Positions 11,172 through 24,744 of a stretch of 64,000 bases of DNA are shown piece after piece. The notes beneath the pieces were generated by a model. That model searched no databases, was not told where the DNA came from, and worked only from the letters and a program-made list of their open reading frames with translations. This DNA is from Felis catus. Taxonomy: Eukaryota. Within the stretch, counting starts at the first letter, position 1; the number at the start of each line of letters is the position of its first letter. The stretch lies in NCBI RefSeq assembly GCF_018350175.1, contig NC_058373.1:110920001-110984000 (forward strand). Direction: 5' to 3'. The position numbers were made by a program, and so were the translations under genes.

Positions 11172-13289
11172 ATCAATGAGGTACCTATGAGAAGAAGAAA
11201 AGTCTGGGCAGTTTTGGGGTGCACTAACATATGGACGCTTGTCTATCACCAAAGGGGAACACATTGTAAACAGTATTCTTTATGAAATATGAAAATAACA
11301 TTCTAAAAAGTTATTCTTCATGGCTTGAAATGAAAAAAGAGATTCTAGTAGATAAAATATCTCTATCACAAGACATCATCATCCTTTGTATTCTAAGACG
11401 ACATAATTAGCTGAAGAGACATGTGAGCTCTTAATAAGTGGCCTCCAACTTGGATTTTCCACACAATTCCTCTTGCGGCCACTGGGACCATAGAACATAC
11501 AAGCACACACGTACAACATGGCAAGAAACCAGGGGACTGTGGTGAGTGAGTCCCAGTAGAGGGGGAGATTCAACAGCTCCTTTGCCACCATGACCGCCTC
11601 AGAGAGAGCTACTTGAACCCTACCCCTTCCTGCCTTCTCTGGCAACACTGTCCTGCAGGGCTGGAGCAGGACCCTGGTAGGACACCTGTGCAGTGCCACT
11701 GAGAGAGGCTCGTGGGCCTGGGGCGCCGGGTGGAGCTGCGGAAGCACTGGCCGAAGCCCAGGCTCCGGCCCAAGGAGTGAGCCTGGCAGATGGCAAGGAC
11801 ACACTCAGCCCAGCTGGCCTCAGAGCCACCTTGCGTGGCTCAGGGGAGGAAAGAAAAGGAAGCCATGCGCTAATGCTGGGGTCTGTAGCTGCCACCAACT
11901 TAAGCAGGCAAAATGCGGTCAAGTCCAGGAGGCGGTCTCTCTAGGCATCCTGCTTTGGGAGCAGACAGGACTGCTGTTGTTTTGCAAGGCAGCTCTCCTA
12001 GTGAGAGAGGAGCTTCCTGATGCTCATGTTACAAGTTTGAGCCAAGAGCCCTTCATGAACCTCCTCACCTGGACTCTCCACAGTTGCCACCTGAGAGGGA
12101 GGATCCGGTGGGAGGGAGGGCAGAGGCACCGCCAGGTTCTTTCCCTCAGCATCAGACCATCCGACTTTCTCAACACCACTTACTTGCCTCTGAGCCATCT
12201 GCTAAGCAAGCTCAGCAGGACACCCCTCAAGAGGCTTAGCCAAGTTCAGCAAGGGAGCAAGAGTTGCTGGGTTTAGAAGGGAAAATTTAGTCCTGCTAAC
12301 TGGACATTCTGGGCAAGTCATTTCTCTTATTCATAAAACCTTCTTTCATTCGAAAAGAAAGAGATTATACTACCCAACCTTCCCCAAAAGAATTACAAGG
12401 GGCAAACTTTGCAAAGAGAATGTCTTTGGTTTTCTAATCCCTCTATCCAGGGTGATAAAAGATTCCCAGAGTTTATTCCTGTTCATACAGGAGTTCAAAA
12501 CACCTCAAAAGAGAGGGCTCCGCCTAAAGGGCAGGAATCCTCAAGAATTTGTTCCCTTCTGGGCACAGAGGAAGGAAACTTGGCCCCAAGTGTGGGAGAG
12601 CCACTGTTGAGGGGCTACAGGAATGATGGCATAAGAGATAAAAAAGCGGTAGCAGTTGTTGATATGCTGCAGGACCTCGGACAAGTTCACCACCTGTGTG
12701 TGCAGGGAACAGGGTTCTGAGTTTTCCTTTGGGACTCAAAGAAAATTTGAGTCTGTGTTCTAATTTCTTTATCATTTGTCCATACGGTCCAGTGCATCGC
12801 CTTGAGGGATTAGCACCAGAAACCAGTAAACAAAGGCTAGACTTCAAACAACTCCAGAATGCCGAGTATGAAACCCAAAAATGCAGTGTGCCTCCTGCAA
12901 GCAACCAGGGTACAGAGATTTGACAGTGAGGGCACCAGAAAACCACCACCATTGCAATCTATGACGAACCCTCAAATGAATGGAGAAAAGTCTGTTCTTA
13001 GAGACCCTTTGCTGCACGCTTGCAGCAATGATCAAACTACAAACAGCATCCCTCAACTTAGTTGCTAGACTTCAGAGAGAAAAAGAATCCAGATTCTGAG
13101 AACCATTCGGTGTAAATGAAAATAGCTTTTCTCTGGAAAATACAAATTATTTCTAGCACAAGGGACTCCAAGGAGACATCTAAATTTTTGTCCGAAATTT
13201 TCATTATTTAATTTACTATTGCCAAGAACAAGAAATGTTAATGGGAAAAATATTATGTTCAAATTTTCACATTATTATAGGATTCACTT

Positions 13290-13492
13290 CTTTTTTGAAA
13301 ATTTTTTTTAATTTTTTGAGAGACAGAGCACAAGCAGGGGAGGGCAGAGAGACAGAGACAAAGAGTCTGAAGCAGGCTCCAGGCTCTGAACGGTCAGCAC
13401 AGAGCTCGACAAGGGGCTTGAACCCACAAACCATGAGATCATGACCCAAGCCAAAGTCGGATGCTTAACTGACTGAGCCACCCAGGCGCCCC
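13290..13492 (-). mobile_element. CAN-SINE
   Basis: Typical structure; TSD gattca(c/t)ttc. Confidence 0.94.
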
Positions 13493-13619
13493 TGATTCAT
13501 TTCTAATGGGACATTGGATGCATTGATTCTTTGACCCCTTATAACATATGAGATTAGGTAAAAATGAACAAATTAGCTACAGAGAAACCAAGCTATAATG
13601 ACAATAGTAGCTATCATTT

Positions 13620-13830
13620 TTGCTTACCTACAGACATCTGACACACATTTGTGTCCAGTCCACTGCACAATCCTATCTGCAAGGTGGGTATCACTATTCC
13701 AGGTTTTACCAAGGAATAAAATGAAGACCTAAAAGACGAAATTACCTACTGAGGCTACACAGCTAGCAAGTGTCGGAACCTGAATTCGAAGCCAGGTCAG
13801 GCCGTGGCCAAAGCAGGTCTCTCTCTGCCA
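13620..13830 (-). mobile_element. MIR
   Basis: Antisense core 'aattacctactgaggctacacagctagcaagtg…gaattcgaagccagg'. Confidence 0.65.
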
Positions 13831-14622
13831 CATCACAGGGCAGGAGTTTCCACTAGAAATGAAGTCACCTGGCAAGAAATGGAAATGTACTATTCACAGC
13901 ACAGTGAACAAAGAGTGAGGATAAGTACCAGGTAACATAAGGCAAAGGGGCAGCTGTGTTAAGTTTGGTTTGTATTTAAATCCATTAAAGGATAGAGTAA
14001 GTGATTTGGGGAAGCAGATTTAATATATTTTGCAGATGAGACTACAGGGGAAGCCAGCAGATGTTAACAAGGGCACCATCTAGAGAAACTGGAAACTCGA
14101 GCAGGGGATAAAATGAGATCAAAGTCAGGAGCAGTGGGAGGCCCTGCTGGGGGAGGGGAAGGCTTGCTGAGCCTGACACTCACAGGTGACTGGAAGGGAG
14201 AACTAGAGGGGAAGCTGCAACTGGATACCCTCAGTAAGAGAGAGGAAGGAAGGGAGGAAGCAGGGAGAGAGGGAGGGAGGGAGAGGAAGGAAGGAAAGGC
14301 AAAAAGCAAAACAAAATGGCAGTGTAATTTGGTCTAAGTATGCTTCATAACAAAAGTTGGTACAGGGGCCCTGCCTGGGAGAAGGCACAGGAGACTTCCC
14401 TGGAGAAGTCTTTCCCCATCCTGTCAGGAGAGAATGGAGGGAGTCATGGAGATCAGTTGTCCATCTTCCAACAAACGTGGCCTCATTTTACTAGCCCCCT
14501 TAACTCACACACTCCACCTACCCTGGTAGTTTAAAACTAGCTCCATATTATTGGGTAGAGCAAAAATACACACACACACACACCCCAATCTAATTTGGCA
14601 TCATCTAAAAATTGGTTAAATA

Positions 14623-15255
14623 GGGGGCACCTGGGGGGCTCAGTTGCTTAAGTGTCCAACTCTTGATTTCAGCTCAGGTCATGATCTTGCAGTTTGTGAG
14701 TTCGAGCCCCACTGAGCCTGCTTGGGATTCTCTCTCTCCCTCTCTCTGTCCCTCAATCACACATGCTGTCTACCTTTCTCTCTCAAAATAAACAAACAAA
14801 CAAACAAACAAGGCACCTGGGTGGCTCAGTTGTTTGGGCATCTGACTTCAACTCAGGTCATGATCTCACCGCTCGTGAGTTCAAGCCCCGCATCAGGCTC
14901 TAACAGCTCAGAGCCTGGAGCCTGCTTCGGATTCTGTGTCTCCCTCACTTTCTGCCCCTCCCCAACTTTGTCTGTCTCTCTCAAAAATAAACATTAAAAG
15001 AAAACACCTGTGAACTCCTATTTTCCTACCCACCCCCAAAATAAATAAAGGGTTGAACATTCAAAAGGAAACTAAGTTACTCGGGGCACCCCTGCGTGGC
15101 TCAGTTAACTAACCAACTCTTGGTTTCGGCTCAGGTCATGATCTCAGGGTTCCTGGGGTCAAACCCCTTGTCCAGGTTTACACTGACAGCCTGGGATTCT
15201 CTCTCTCCCTCTGCCCCTCCCCTGCTCACTCTCTCTCAAAATAAACAACTTAAAA
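14623..15255 (+). mobile_element. Cluster of three CAN-SINEs (~14623-14810, ~14812-15003, ~15083-15255)
   Basis: Three successive heads, each followed by (CT)n and an A-rich tail. Confidence 0.9.
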
Positions 15256-15447
15256 CAAATGGTTAAATAAAGTATATAATGGAATAATTTTGAATGAGGA
15301 AAATCTACAAGTATGTATTGTGGAAAGATGACCTTGTGTATTCCTAAGTAAAACAATGTAAGCTATTAAATAGTATTCAGAATATAAATTTTTGAAAAAT
15401 AGTAATCATGTGTTTCATTAATATTTGTATTTTTTAAAAGCTGGAAG

Positions 15448-15700
15448 AGGGGCGCCTGGGTGGCTCAGTCGGTTAAGCGTCCGACTTCAGCTCAGGTCAC
15501 GATCTCACGGTCCGTGAGTTTGAGCCCCGCATCGGGCTCTGGGCTGGTGCTCAGAGCCTGGAGCCTGCTTCCGATTCTGTATCTCCCTCTCTCTCTCTGC
15601 CCCTCCCCCGTTCATGCTCTGTCTCTCTCTGTCTCAAAAATAAATAAATGTTAAAAAAAAATTTAAAAAAAATAAATAAACGTTAAAAAAAATTAAAAAA
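15448..15700 (+). mobile_element. Young CAN-SINE with a doubled tail
   Basis: TSD AAAAGCTGGAAGA; the AATAAATAAA(T/C)GTTAAAAAAAA unit occurs twice. Confidence 0.95.
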
Positions 15701-16989
15701 AAAAGCTGGAAGAATATGTATCAAATTATAGCAAAGGATTATCTAGGGAATAATGAAGGTGGGTGATGAGATTTCATTTTCTATGGTCTGTATTTTGGCA
15801 AAACTTTACATTAGGAAAGCTTTGTATTACATTTGTAAATATAAAGGAAAAAGAGAAAAATTTAAATGTTCCCGAAAAGACTTAGGAGTAAAAAGTTAAG
15901 TCTCCCACCTCATCATGATGACAAAAGGTAAAATTGCCAACAACATAAGTCAGATACTTGTCACTTAATAAAATACTTCATACTGCGAGAATCTAAGATA
16001 ATTGCCACTATGGTCTGATCCTTGGGCTTCTGCCTTTCCCCAAAATGGAGTTTGGGATGACAGGAGCTGAACTTCCTAGCAAAGAGCCCTCCTGTTCATT
16101 GGGCGTGAAGGAAATCTCCCAGTGACATGAACCAAGCAAAGAAAGTGCATTCACACCCAGAGAGCTTTCAAGAAACAAGATCCTCTCTTATCACCATCAA
16201 CAAGGAGACTCATCTTTCACCAACTCATTGAATGAGCCCCTTTGTTTCCCCTACAGGATCATCATATATTCTTTTCCTGCCTCCACAGAAAGTCCAAGTG
16301 CCCCAGAATTCAGCCCTGAGAGGCACAGGAGGAGTCCTAGTACAAGCTTGTCCACATTTTCAAGAGAAACAGGACCTGAGAAAAGGGGAGGGGCATGCAG
16401 GTGGCTGCGAAAGTGTGAAGGCAAGAATGTTTGCTTTATAACTATGCTTCCAAACTTACATGTGTGTCACATACCTCCTATATCCCATTAAAAAAGAAAA
16501 GAGAAAGTGATGGAGCCTGCCTCAGGATGTTGTTGCAGGACGAATGTGGTAAGTCTGACGGGATCTTGAGAAATAGGCACTGATGCGTCATCCTCTGTGC
16601 CAGGTGCTATTCAGGGCATAGAAAACTAACAGTTAACGTAAAATCCCTGTCCTCGAGGGGCACAGAGACACCCTGCAGACCCACAGAAGTGCAGGACCCC
16701 ACTGTGCCACCTAGGTGGTAGGTTGTGACAACTGTTCATCTGTGTCAGGGCACAGGCATGACTGTGCTGATTGGCTACCCTGCCACCTGATACTTTCCAG
16801 CCTCCCAGAGACTTCCATCAACCACCAACCCTCTCTTATCCCTTGCTGCCTTCTCATGCCAACCTCCCTTGCAAGGGCTCCTCATCCTCTCAGCCACCAA
16901 ACCATGCTCTCCATCACCTAAAACTTCTCTCGACCTGTCTCAAACCATCCTTTTCCCACCCAGTTCTCAGACAAGCTCTGCACTCACTG

Positions 16990-18420
16990 CTTTCTCCTCC
17001 ACACCACGGCTTCACTCTAATTCCTGATAAATGAGTTTTGACCCTCCACTAAAACTGCTTTCTTGAGGGTCACTTGAATCTTTTACAAGGCTAACAGTCT
17101 CTTCTGATCCTTTCCCTGCATCCTTCTCCCACATTAGTGCTATTAACCATCCTTTTCTTGAAGCTGGATTCCCATAGCTTTGGCTTTCCTTGGTTCTTCA
17201 CCTATACATGTTGTTACATGACCATCATCCTCTAGATCCTCCACCTCCACCCATACCCTGAATGTAGGCATTACCCAAAGTCAATGTTTGTTCTCTTCCC
17301 TCATGCAATCCTCACTCCTTTCTGCGCTGCGGCTGTCAGATCGACACCCCCAGGCACAGCCACTCCTGGGCTCCACAGTTGCTACAGGAGCTCCACTGAA
17401 CATGGTCAGCACGGAACTCCTTCTTTGTGCCCCCTCCCCACCCTCAGAGTTGCTCCTTCTTTTAAGACTTAAATCTCAGTAAATTAGCAGCACCAGCCTC
17501 CCAGATACCTGAGCTGGAAAACTGTAAGTCATATCCAACAGCCTTGCCCCTTACTTCAGTGCCACTGGGCACAACACACCCACAAGTGAATTTTAATGAC
17601 CTCCAAAATGCTTTAAGACTTGAAAAGAAATGATTGGTGCCAATTAAGACTATAAAATCAAAACTAAGGATAATTCCAAAATCCCTTCAAATATCTTTGA
17701 TGGTAAAAACATTACATTTAATATGGGATATGAGTAATTTTCATATGTCTGGTCCTCTATGTGATAGGGCCCACAAAAAAACAACAATGGGTCGGTCCTA
17801 TCTCAGACACAAAGTCCAGATACTTTGACTTCTCTGAAGTGCTTGCATTAATCTCCTCCTTACATTCCCATTGTCCTGGTGTAGATCCTCTTAAGCCTTT
17901 CACTATATTTCAGCAGGATATCCTAAAACACACCTGACAGCACATCATTCCCTTATTAAGTTTTGATAGTGCCCCCAGGACCTGACATGTAAAGTACAAG
18001 CTCTTTCTATGGCATTCAAGGCCTGCTACAACCTACTCCCAATCTACCTCTTGGTTCCTTCCATCACTACATACTCCCACTCATCCTCCGCTGCAGCCAC
18101 ACCAGACTCATCATATCCCACATGCCCCTATTTGCCCCATGAAATGCCCTCTCCCCTACTCGGCCCGTGGAAAACTTATACTTGTCTCAAGGGTCAGTTC
18201 ATATAGCTGCCCTTTGGTGAAGGTTGCCTTCCCAGGATCCCTGGCCCAAACCAGTCTCAGTTTCCTGGAGACCCTGGAGCAGTGTGCAGCCCCAAGATGG
18301 CACCTGCTTCACTCTGCCTTGCACTGCACTCAGTCTCCTGTGTCTGTCCCCATCGCAAAACCATAAACCTCTCCAGAGCAGATAGCTGAGTCTTAGTCTC
18401 CTCTGTACTTCCCACACAGC
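16990..18420 (+). mobile_element. L2 fragments
   Basis: Pyrimidine-rich L2-type motifs ('ctccactaaaactgctttcttgagggtcac', 'ggcattcaaggcctg'). Confidence 0.5.
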
Positions 18421-19012
18421 CAAGCACAGAACAGACTGTAATGAAGAGCAGCCGCCTTTTGTCCCTCTTCCCCACATCACTCTGTTTTGGCTCCACCATT
18501 ACTTGGTCCTCTGTGTCATTGCTGTGTATGGAGTGGACACTTAGCAAGGTCTAAACCAGCAACATTTGGAAACTATGAAAAACCCTTAGCTTCAAACCCA
18601 CCAGAACCATTCTTCCTAGTGTCCTTGATTTCACACAGTGAGAAAAAGACTTTGGGGTCAAGGGGATTTGGCTTCAAATCTGAAGTCAGGCATTTAATGG
18701 ACCTTACGCAAAGGTGGCTTGACTAGCCTCAACCTCCTTACCAGTAAAATGGGAATGACGTCTAATTCAATGAACTGTTGTGAGAATTAAATGGGTTAAA
18801 GTGTTTAAAGTCCCAAGCATGGCAACTGGCATAGGGCAGGCACCCATATGTAAGGAGCAGCAGGAAACAGAAGCAAGGTCTCAGATGTCACAAACCATGT
18901 GACGTTCTCAGAAGTCATTCCCCTTCTTGGATATTCACATGAAATAGAGATTCTTGTGTCAGCATCATGAATTCAGGACTCCAGACTCCATGGTGCTGCT
19001 TATACATCTTAA

Positions 19013-19342
19013 TGTTTATTTTTGAGAGAGAGAGACAGAGAGAGAGAGACAGAGACAAGTATGAATTGGGGAGGGGCAGCGAGAGGGAGACACAGAATCT
19101 GAAGCAGGCTCCAGGCTCTGAGCTATCAGCACAGAGCCAGACTCAGGGCTTGAACCCAAGAACTGTGAGATCATGACCTGAGCCAAGTTCAGACGCTTAA
19201 CCTACTGAGCTACCAAGGAGCACCCCCCCCCATTTTAATGTTTATTTAGTTTTGAGAGAGAGACAGACACAGACACACACAGACACACACAAACACACAA
19301 CTATGAGTGGGGGAGGGGAAGAGAGAAAGACCTAGAATCTGA
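19013..19342 (-). mobile_element. Composite of a full and a 5'-truncated CAN-SINE within one TSD
   Basis: TSD TGCTTATACATCTTAA at 18997-19012 and 19343-19358. Confidence 0.88.
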
Positions 19343-19778
19343 TGCTTATACATCTTAAAGTCATCACGGAAACAGTAGCAGGAGATACTACACAGCTGTT
19401 AAGACTCAAAGAGATCAATCTCCATGGCCTGACACAGAAAGACACCCAAAGTGGTTCATCGTTAAGTGAAAAGGGCAAATTGCAGCACAGTATGAAATAT
19501 AAGCCACAGCAACGTGTGTGTGTGTCTAGGTGTTACATATATATATATACACATATATATATACATATATACATACACCTACACAAGCACTTGCATACCT
19601 ATATTTATGTGTATATGTCTGTATGTGCCTAGAGAATCTCTAGAAGGATATATGAAGTTGTCAACAGTGGTTACCTCTGGTAACGGGTCTAGGAATGCCA
19701 TTTACACTCTTCTGTACTGTCTAAATTATTTTTTTTACCACTATGTGTTCATGTTAAAATTATTTAAAACCAGTTTTT

Positions 19779-20215
19779 TTTACTTATTTTTAATATGAAA
19801 TTTATTGTGAAATTGGTTTCCATACAACACCCAGTGCTCCTCCCAACAGGTGCCCTCAATACCCATCACCCACTTTCCCCTCCCTCCCACCCCCCCATCA
19901 ACCCTCAATTTGTTCTCAGTTTTTAAGAGTCTTTTATGGTTTGGCTCCCTCCCTCTCTAACCTTTTTTTTTCTCCTTCCCCTCCCCCATGGTCTTCTGTT
20001 AAGTTTCTCAGGATCCACATAAGAGTGAAAACATATGGTATCTGTCTTTCTCTGTATGACTTATTTCACTTAGCATCACACTCTCCAGTTCCATCCACGT
20101 TGCTACAAAAGGCCATATTTCATTCTTTCTCATTGCCACGTAGTATTCCATTGTGTATATAAACCACAATTTCTTAGACCAGTGGAATAGAATAGAGACT
20201 CCAGAATTAGATCCA
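19779..20215 (-). mobile_element. Young L1 3' fragment with a 41-bp 5' inversion, flanked by TSD TAAAACCAGTTTTT
   Basis: 19779-20175 is the reverse complement of the L1 3' end seen at ~9246-9640. 20175-20215 matches 8273-8313 in + orientation. TSD copies at 19765-19778 and 20216-20229. Confidence 0.92.
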
Positions 20216-22729
20216 TAAAACCAGTTTTTAAAATCTGTTAAAGGAGGAGGAGAAGCAGGGGAAAATGGAAGGGTAGAGCCAGGGAAGGACTGGGCTAAGG
20301 ATCGAACCGAGAGAGAGACCTGGGTTCCAGTCAGACTAAATTTGCAACCTCAGGCAAATCACCTCCCTTCTGCAGATCTCCCTTATTGGTAAAATAGGGG
20401 CATTGAACCAGACATTCTTTGGAGATTTCTAGGTTACTAGATGATGTCTGCAAGGTCCTCTGAGTACATTTTTACCCATAGACCATCTCTCTCTGAGATG
20501 TTTTGATGCTTTAAGCATCAGGTTTTTAAAAAGGGAAAATACATACCCTATTTCATTTTGACCTCCTTCACATTTCAATGAGAAAGCACTCCCACCCTTT
20601 TACAGGCAGAGAAACCAAGTATATACTGTAATGATCACTTGCCAAGCAAATACACTGCTCAGTAGACTCTGCTGTTTGCAAAGAATTATGATGCCTGGAG
20701 TTTTATAGCTCCCAGTTCATTTGTGCCTCTTCTGCAGAGCAGAGCGGGCTCAAGGCTTATGCAAAACAACCAGAAGGCACTCTGCTGGTGGAAACAGGGT
20801 GAGATGTAAAGTGACTTCCTCCAGGTCAGAGCATAAACAAAACTCACTCCCAGCACATTTAGGAAGTAAGTATCGAACCCCTGGGATTGACACCGCATCC
20901 CTCCCCCACCTGGACTGAAAGCGTCACCTTGAAGATGCATCTCACTGCAGTCACTTTCTGAGCATTTTCTGGGTCAGAAGCAGTGAGAGCAGCTAAACCG
21001 AGGCTGCCATCAGAGTTGCTACATTGAGGGCAAAGTACTGAGTTACCTGCTCTACCACGCACCCACCCAACTCATCCAGCAGCCTGCCTGTCGAGTATTT
21101 TTCCAGTCTCCTGGGCAAAGTGACTTCACACAGCTTTGAATGCAAACAACCTCATTTGTCCTCACAGGTATGGGTCTCCGCCTTGCAGAGGGTACTGACT
21201 TCTTACCCCTTTGGTTCTACCATCGCATCACATCATACTCTCTATGCCTGTAAACACCTTTCATTCTGATAACTTCACACTGTGAGAGACCCTTCTGTCT
21301 GATGTCTGGGCAACAAGATTTCTCAGCAGCTGCAGAAAGCACATACAGAATGCACAGAGCACCTTGCAGAGAAAGGCAGAGGCTGATCCACTGACCCTAG
21401 AAGCATGAGCCTAGATTAGAAATGAGCAAAACCAAGACCATAGCATTGCTAAAATACTACAAAATAAACCATCTGCCAAAATGAAAAAGATTATTCACTC
21501 AAAAGGTGTGCAGTCAGGCTAGTAACCAGTCGTCAGCCTGCTGGTAACCTTTGCTGTGGTACCTAGTAATCTGTGAGACAGGATAATAATCACTGGCATC
21601 TGTGGAATCATAGAGCTTCTAGAAGCTGCTATTAGTAGACCCCATTCTCACTGTCACCTGTGGGTCAAGTTTGCTGACTGTTGTCTGCTTACCACTGGCT
21701 TCATTGTGCACCTTAGAACTCACTAGGGCCTTCAGTTGTCTTGGCTGAGTCCCTTCCTTTGTCTTTCTACACTCGGGTCCCCTGCACAAGGTCTAACTTT
21801 GTCCTTTGCCCTTCTTTATCTTGGACACATCTTCCCAAGACCTTTGGAGGGCCTTCCATTCATCAGTTCATCTCAGACCCTCCCCCCGCCCCAACATATT
21901 TATAAAAGCCTAGCAGCTCCACTCACTGCCTTTGGAAGTTAAAAACCACTTCCTATCAATCAATGGGCACAGAACACAGTAAAAGAAGAGAGCTGTTGGA
22001 TCGTGGTGGGAGTGTGTCCATGACAGAGAGTTTTGTTAAAAGAAACAAAAATGCTCTCAAAGGCCTGAGCAAGCAGTATTCTCATGAGTCTTGGTGAAAC
22101 TCACTTTTTGTCTGGGTAAGGCAAAAATGAGGGCAGAGAAACCAACTAATAGTACTGTAACATTTTACAAGGTAGTTTCTACGTTGACATACCTTCGTGA
22201 CAACAAACAAAAAAGATTACATGCATCCAGAAAAAAAAAAAAAAAGAAAGAAAAAGAAAACCAACCAAACAAAAAAGGACTTCTATGCAGGAACTTTTGC
22301 TCTTTTCTCTGAAATGTTTTTCTTAATTCTTCACCATTATAAAACAAATCTTGTGTATATCAGTCTGAAACACCCACTCAAAGAGCCTTTCATAGTTGCT
22401 TTCTAAGGGTCAGCCTCAAACATTCACTGAAAAATGAGGTGGGAGTGACTGTATTCTGGATGAATAACTAAATTTTCCTAGCAATAGACATATTCTGATG
22501 ATGTAAGTTAAAAATCAGCTGTTACTTTTGTGTCCAATAAATGGAAAACAATTGGAGAACACAGAGGTGGGAAGACAGCCTCCACCCAGGTCTCAAACAT
22601 TCCTCTTCACTCCTTACCCCTACGCCATCAACACTGATTATCTCCCATTAACCCTTCTTCATAATCTTCATAGGTCACCATTTAGAGGATTACTTTCAGT
22701 GCTTCTTGAAACTCCCCCTATCACTCAAT

Positions 22730-24140
22730 CAATCCACATTTCTTGAGCTCCATACAAGCGCCAGATGCTGCTAGGCACCAGTGTCCACATGGGCACCAGA
22801 CAAATGTCCCTTCTTCAAGGAACCCATAATGTAGAGGAGAGTCAGACCTGTCCATAATCAACCAGGGTATAATGTGAAAAGTGACGCCTTGAGAACTCAT
22901 AGGAGAGAGTGGATGTCTTCCTGCTTCAGGGAACAGGAAAAGTATCAGAGGGGTTATGTTTGAGTAGGGCCTTGAAAGATATATGTGTGAGAGTTCACAG
23001 CTAAAAAAAGGGAGAAAGACATTTCCAGGCCTAGAAAATAGTGGAAGCAAAGTCATGGAGGTGAAAACGCACCTGAAACGACACAGTCACAAGCATCCAA
23101 TGTACAGTAAATAGAAAGGGAATGAAGCTGGCAGGGATGCCGGGACAGGGTGCCTGCCTGTTTAAAATTTATTCTGGGGCAATGAGAACGAACCACTGAG
23201 GGCTTTAAAGCAGTTGAATGACTCACATTCATGTTTAAAGATAATTCTTAGATCAAAGTGTAAGATGGTCAGAAAGATAAGAGTCTGAAGGCCAATTATT
23301 CAAACATAAGACAGTGAAAATTCAAAGAAACTAATTTGAAAATTTTGGAGGAAAAATGAACAGGCAGCCAACTGGATACAGAAGTGTGAAGAGAAGAAAA
23401 TCCAAAAAAGTTGCTGAAATTCATACTTGGGACAATAGTGACAATGAAAACCTAGCTATGAAAACAGGTAGAAGAGCAGGTTTGGGGGTGAGGGAGGGAG
23501 CCCAGTGGCCCTATTGCTACCTAGTAAGTTTGAGACATTCTGTTGAACCGAATGAAGACAGCTAGCAGACTGCTACAAAGTAACAGCCCTTTGTGGGGCT
23601 ACATATAAGGATTTAGATGCACTGGCAGCCCCAACATTTAAGAGCTGGTAGATGGGGCGCCTAGATGGCTCAGTTGGTTGGGTGGCTGACTTCGGCTCAG
23701 GTCATGATCTCGCGGTTTGTGGGTTCGAGCCCCACGTTGGGCTCTGAGCTGACAGCTCGAGGCCTGGACCTGGCTTCAGATTCTGTGTCTCCCTCTCTCT
23801 CTCTGCCCCTCCCCCATTCGTGCTCTGTCTCTGTCTCTCTCTAAAATAAAATAAAATAAAATAAAATAAAATAAAATAAAATAAAATAAAGAGCTGGTGG
23901 AGAAGAAGGAACAAAAGAGAAAGAAAAGAGAAGGAGGAAAGAAAGAGAAAGAAAGCAAGGCTGTGGTGTAAGCAAGATGGGAGGAGAAAAAGGAGAGCCT
24001 GGATCGCAGAAGCCAAGAGGGAGTTTACTTTCCAGCCAAGAGTGGTTAACAAAGTCAAATACTGCAGAGAATGTGGGATGTGGGTCTGGAAGAGGGCTAT
24101 CTAATTTGACAATATCAGATCTCTTCTAAAGCAGTTTTAG
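22730..24140 (-). mobile_element. L2 fragments interrupted by a SINE
   Basis: Antisense L2 3' end ('tcaatcaatccacatttcttgagc…tgctaggcac') and internal motifs. Confidence 0.55.
23654..23890 (+). mobile_element. CAN-SINE with a (TAAAA)n tail
   Basis: TSD aagagctggt(a/g)ga. Confidence 0.95.
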
Positions 24141-24744
24141 TACAGCTATGGAGAGCTGCCTTATGACAGCGGGCATACTGTAGAGTACTAATTAGTATCT
24201 TCATCTTCAGATGTCAAAGAACTATGTTGGAAGTAGGATTCAGAACATTAATTATTTATTAAAAGCTAATAAGGGGATTCAAGCCTATTAGGTTAAATCA
24301 TTGCAAATATAAAGCAACATATAAAGGTATACAACTAGTTACCTAATTTCAGACCATTAAAGATGCAAAATAAAGGGGAAAAAGACACTCTTAGAATTAA
24401 GAGCCATGGACTATTGACCTCTGCCCAAATATGGTGGGCACAGTGATTCTAAACAAGCACTCCAGAATAAATACTTCAGGGTTCAAGTCCAGCTTTGATC
24501 TTCTCAGTGTAGAATTCTGGGTAAATAAACTTCTTTAAGCCAGATATTTTTCATCTGTCAAATTAGGATAATAAGAGAAATGACAAACACACACAAAGTT
24601 CTCAGCCTATCACAGTATGCTGAGACACTTATAAATGTTGACTTATTATAATCATTATAAAAATCTTCATTTCCAAGTACATATGTATATATAACTCAAT
24701 TATATATAATTTCAAACATTCATTAATTTGTAATCAATAACTTC

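Noticed and set aside
11379..13068. Cluster of 60-140 aa ORFs and a possible minus-strand acceptor near 12693 (…CACACAG|GTGG)
   Set aside because: No spectrin-like or other recognisable protein and no convincing paired donor; cannot be supported as an exon.
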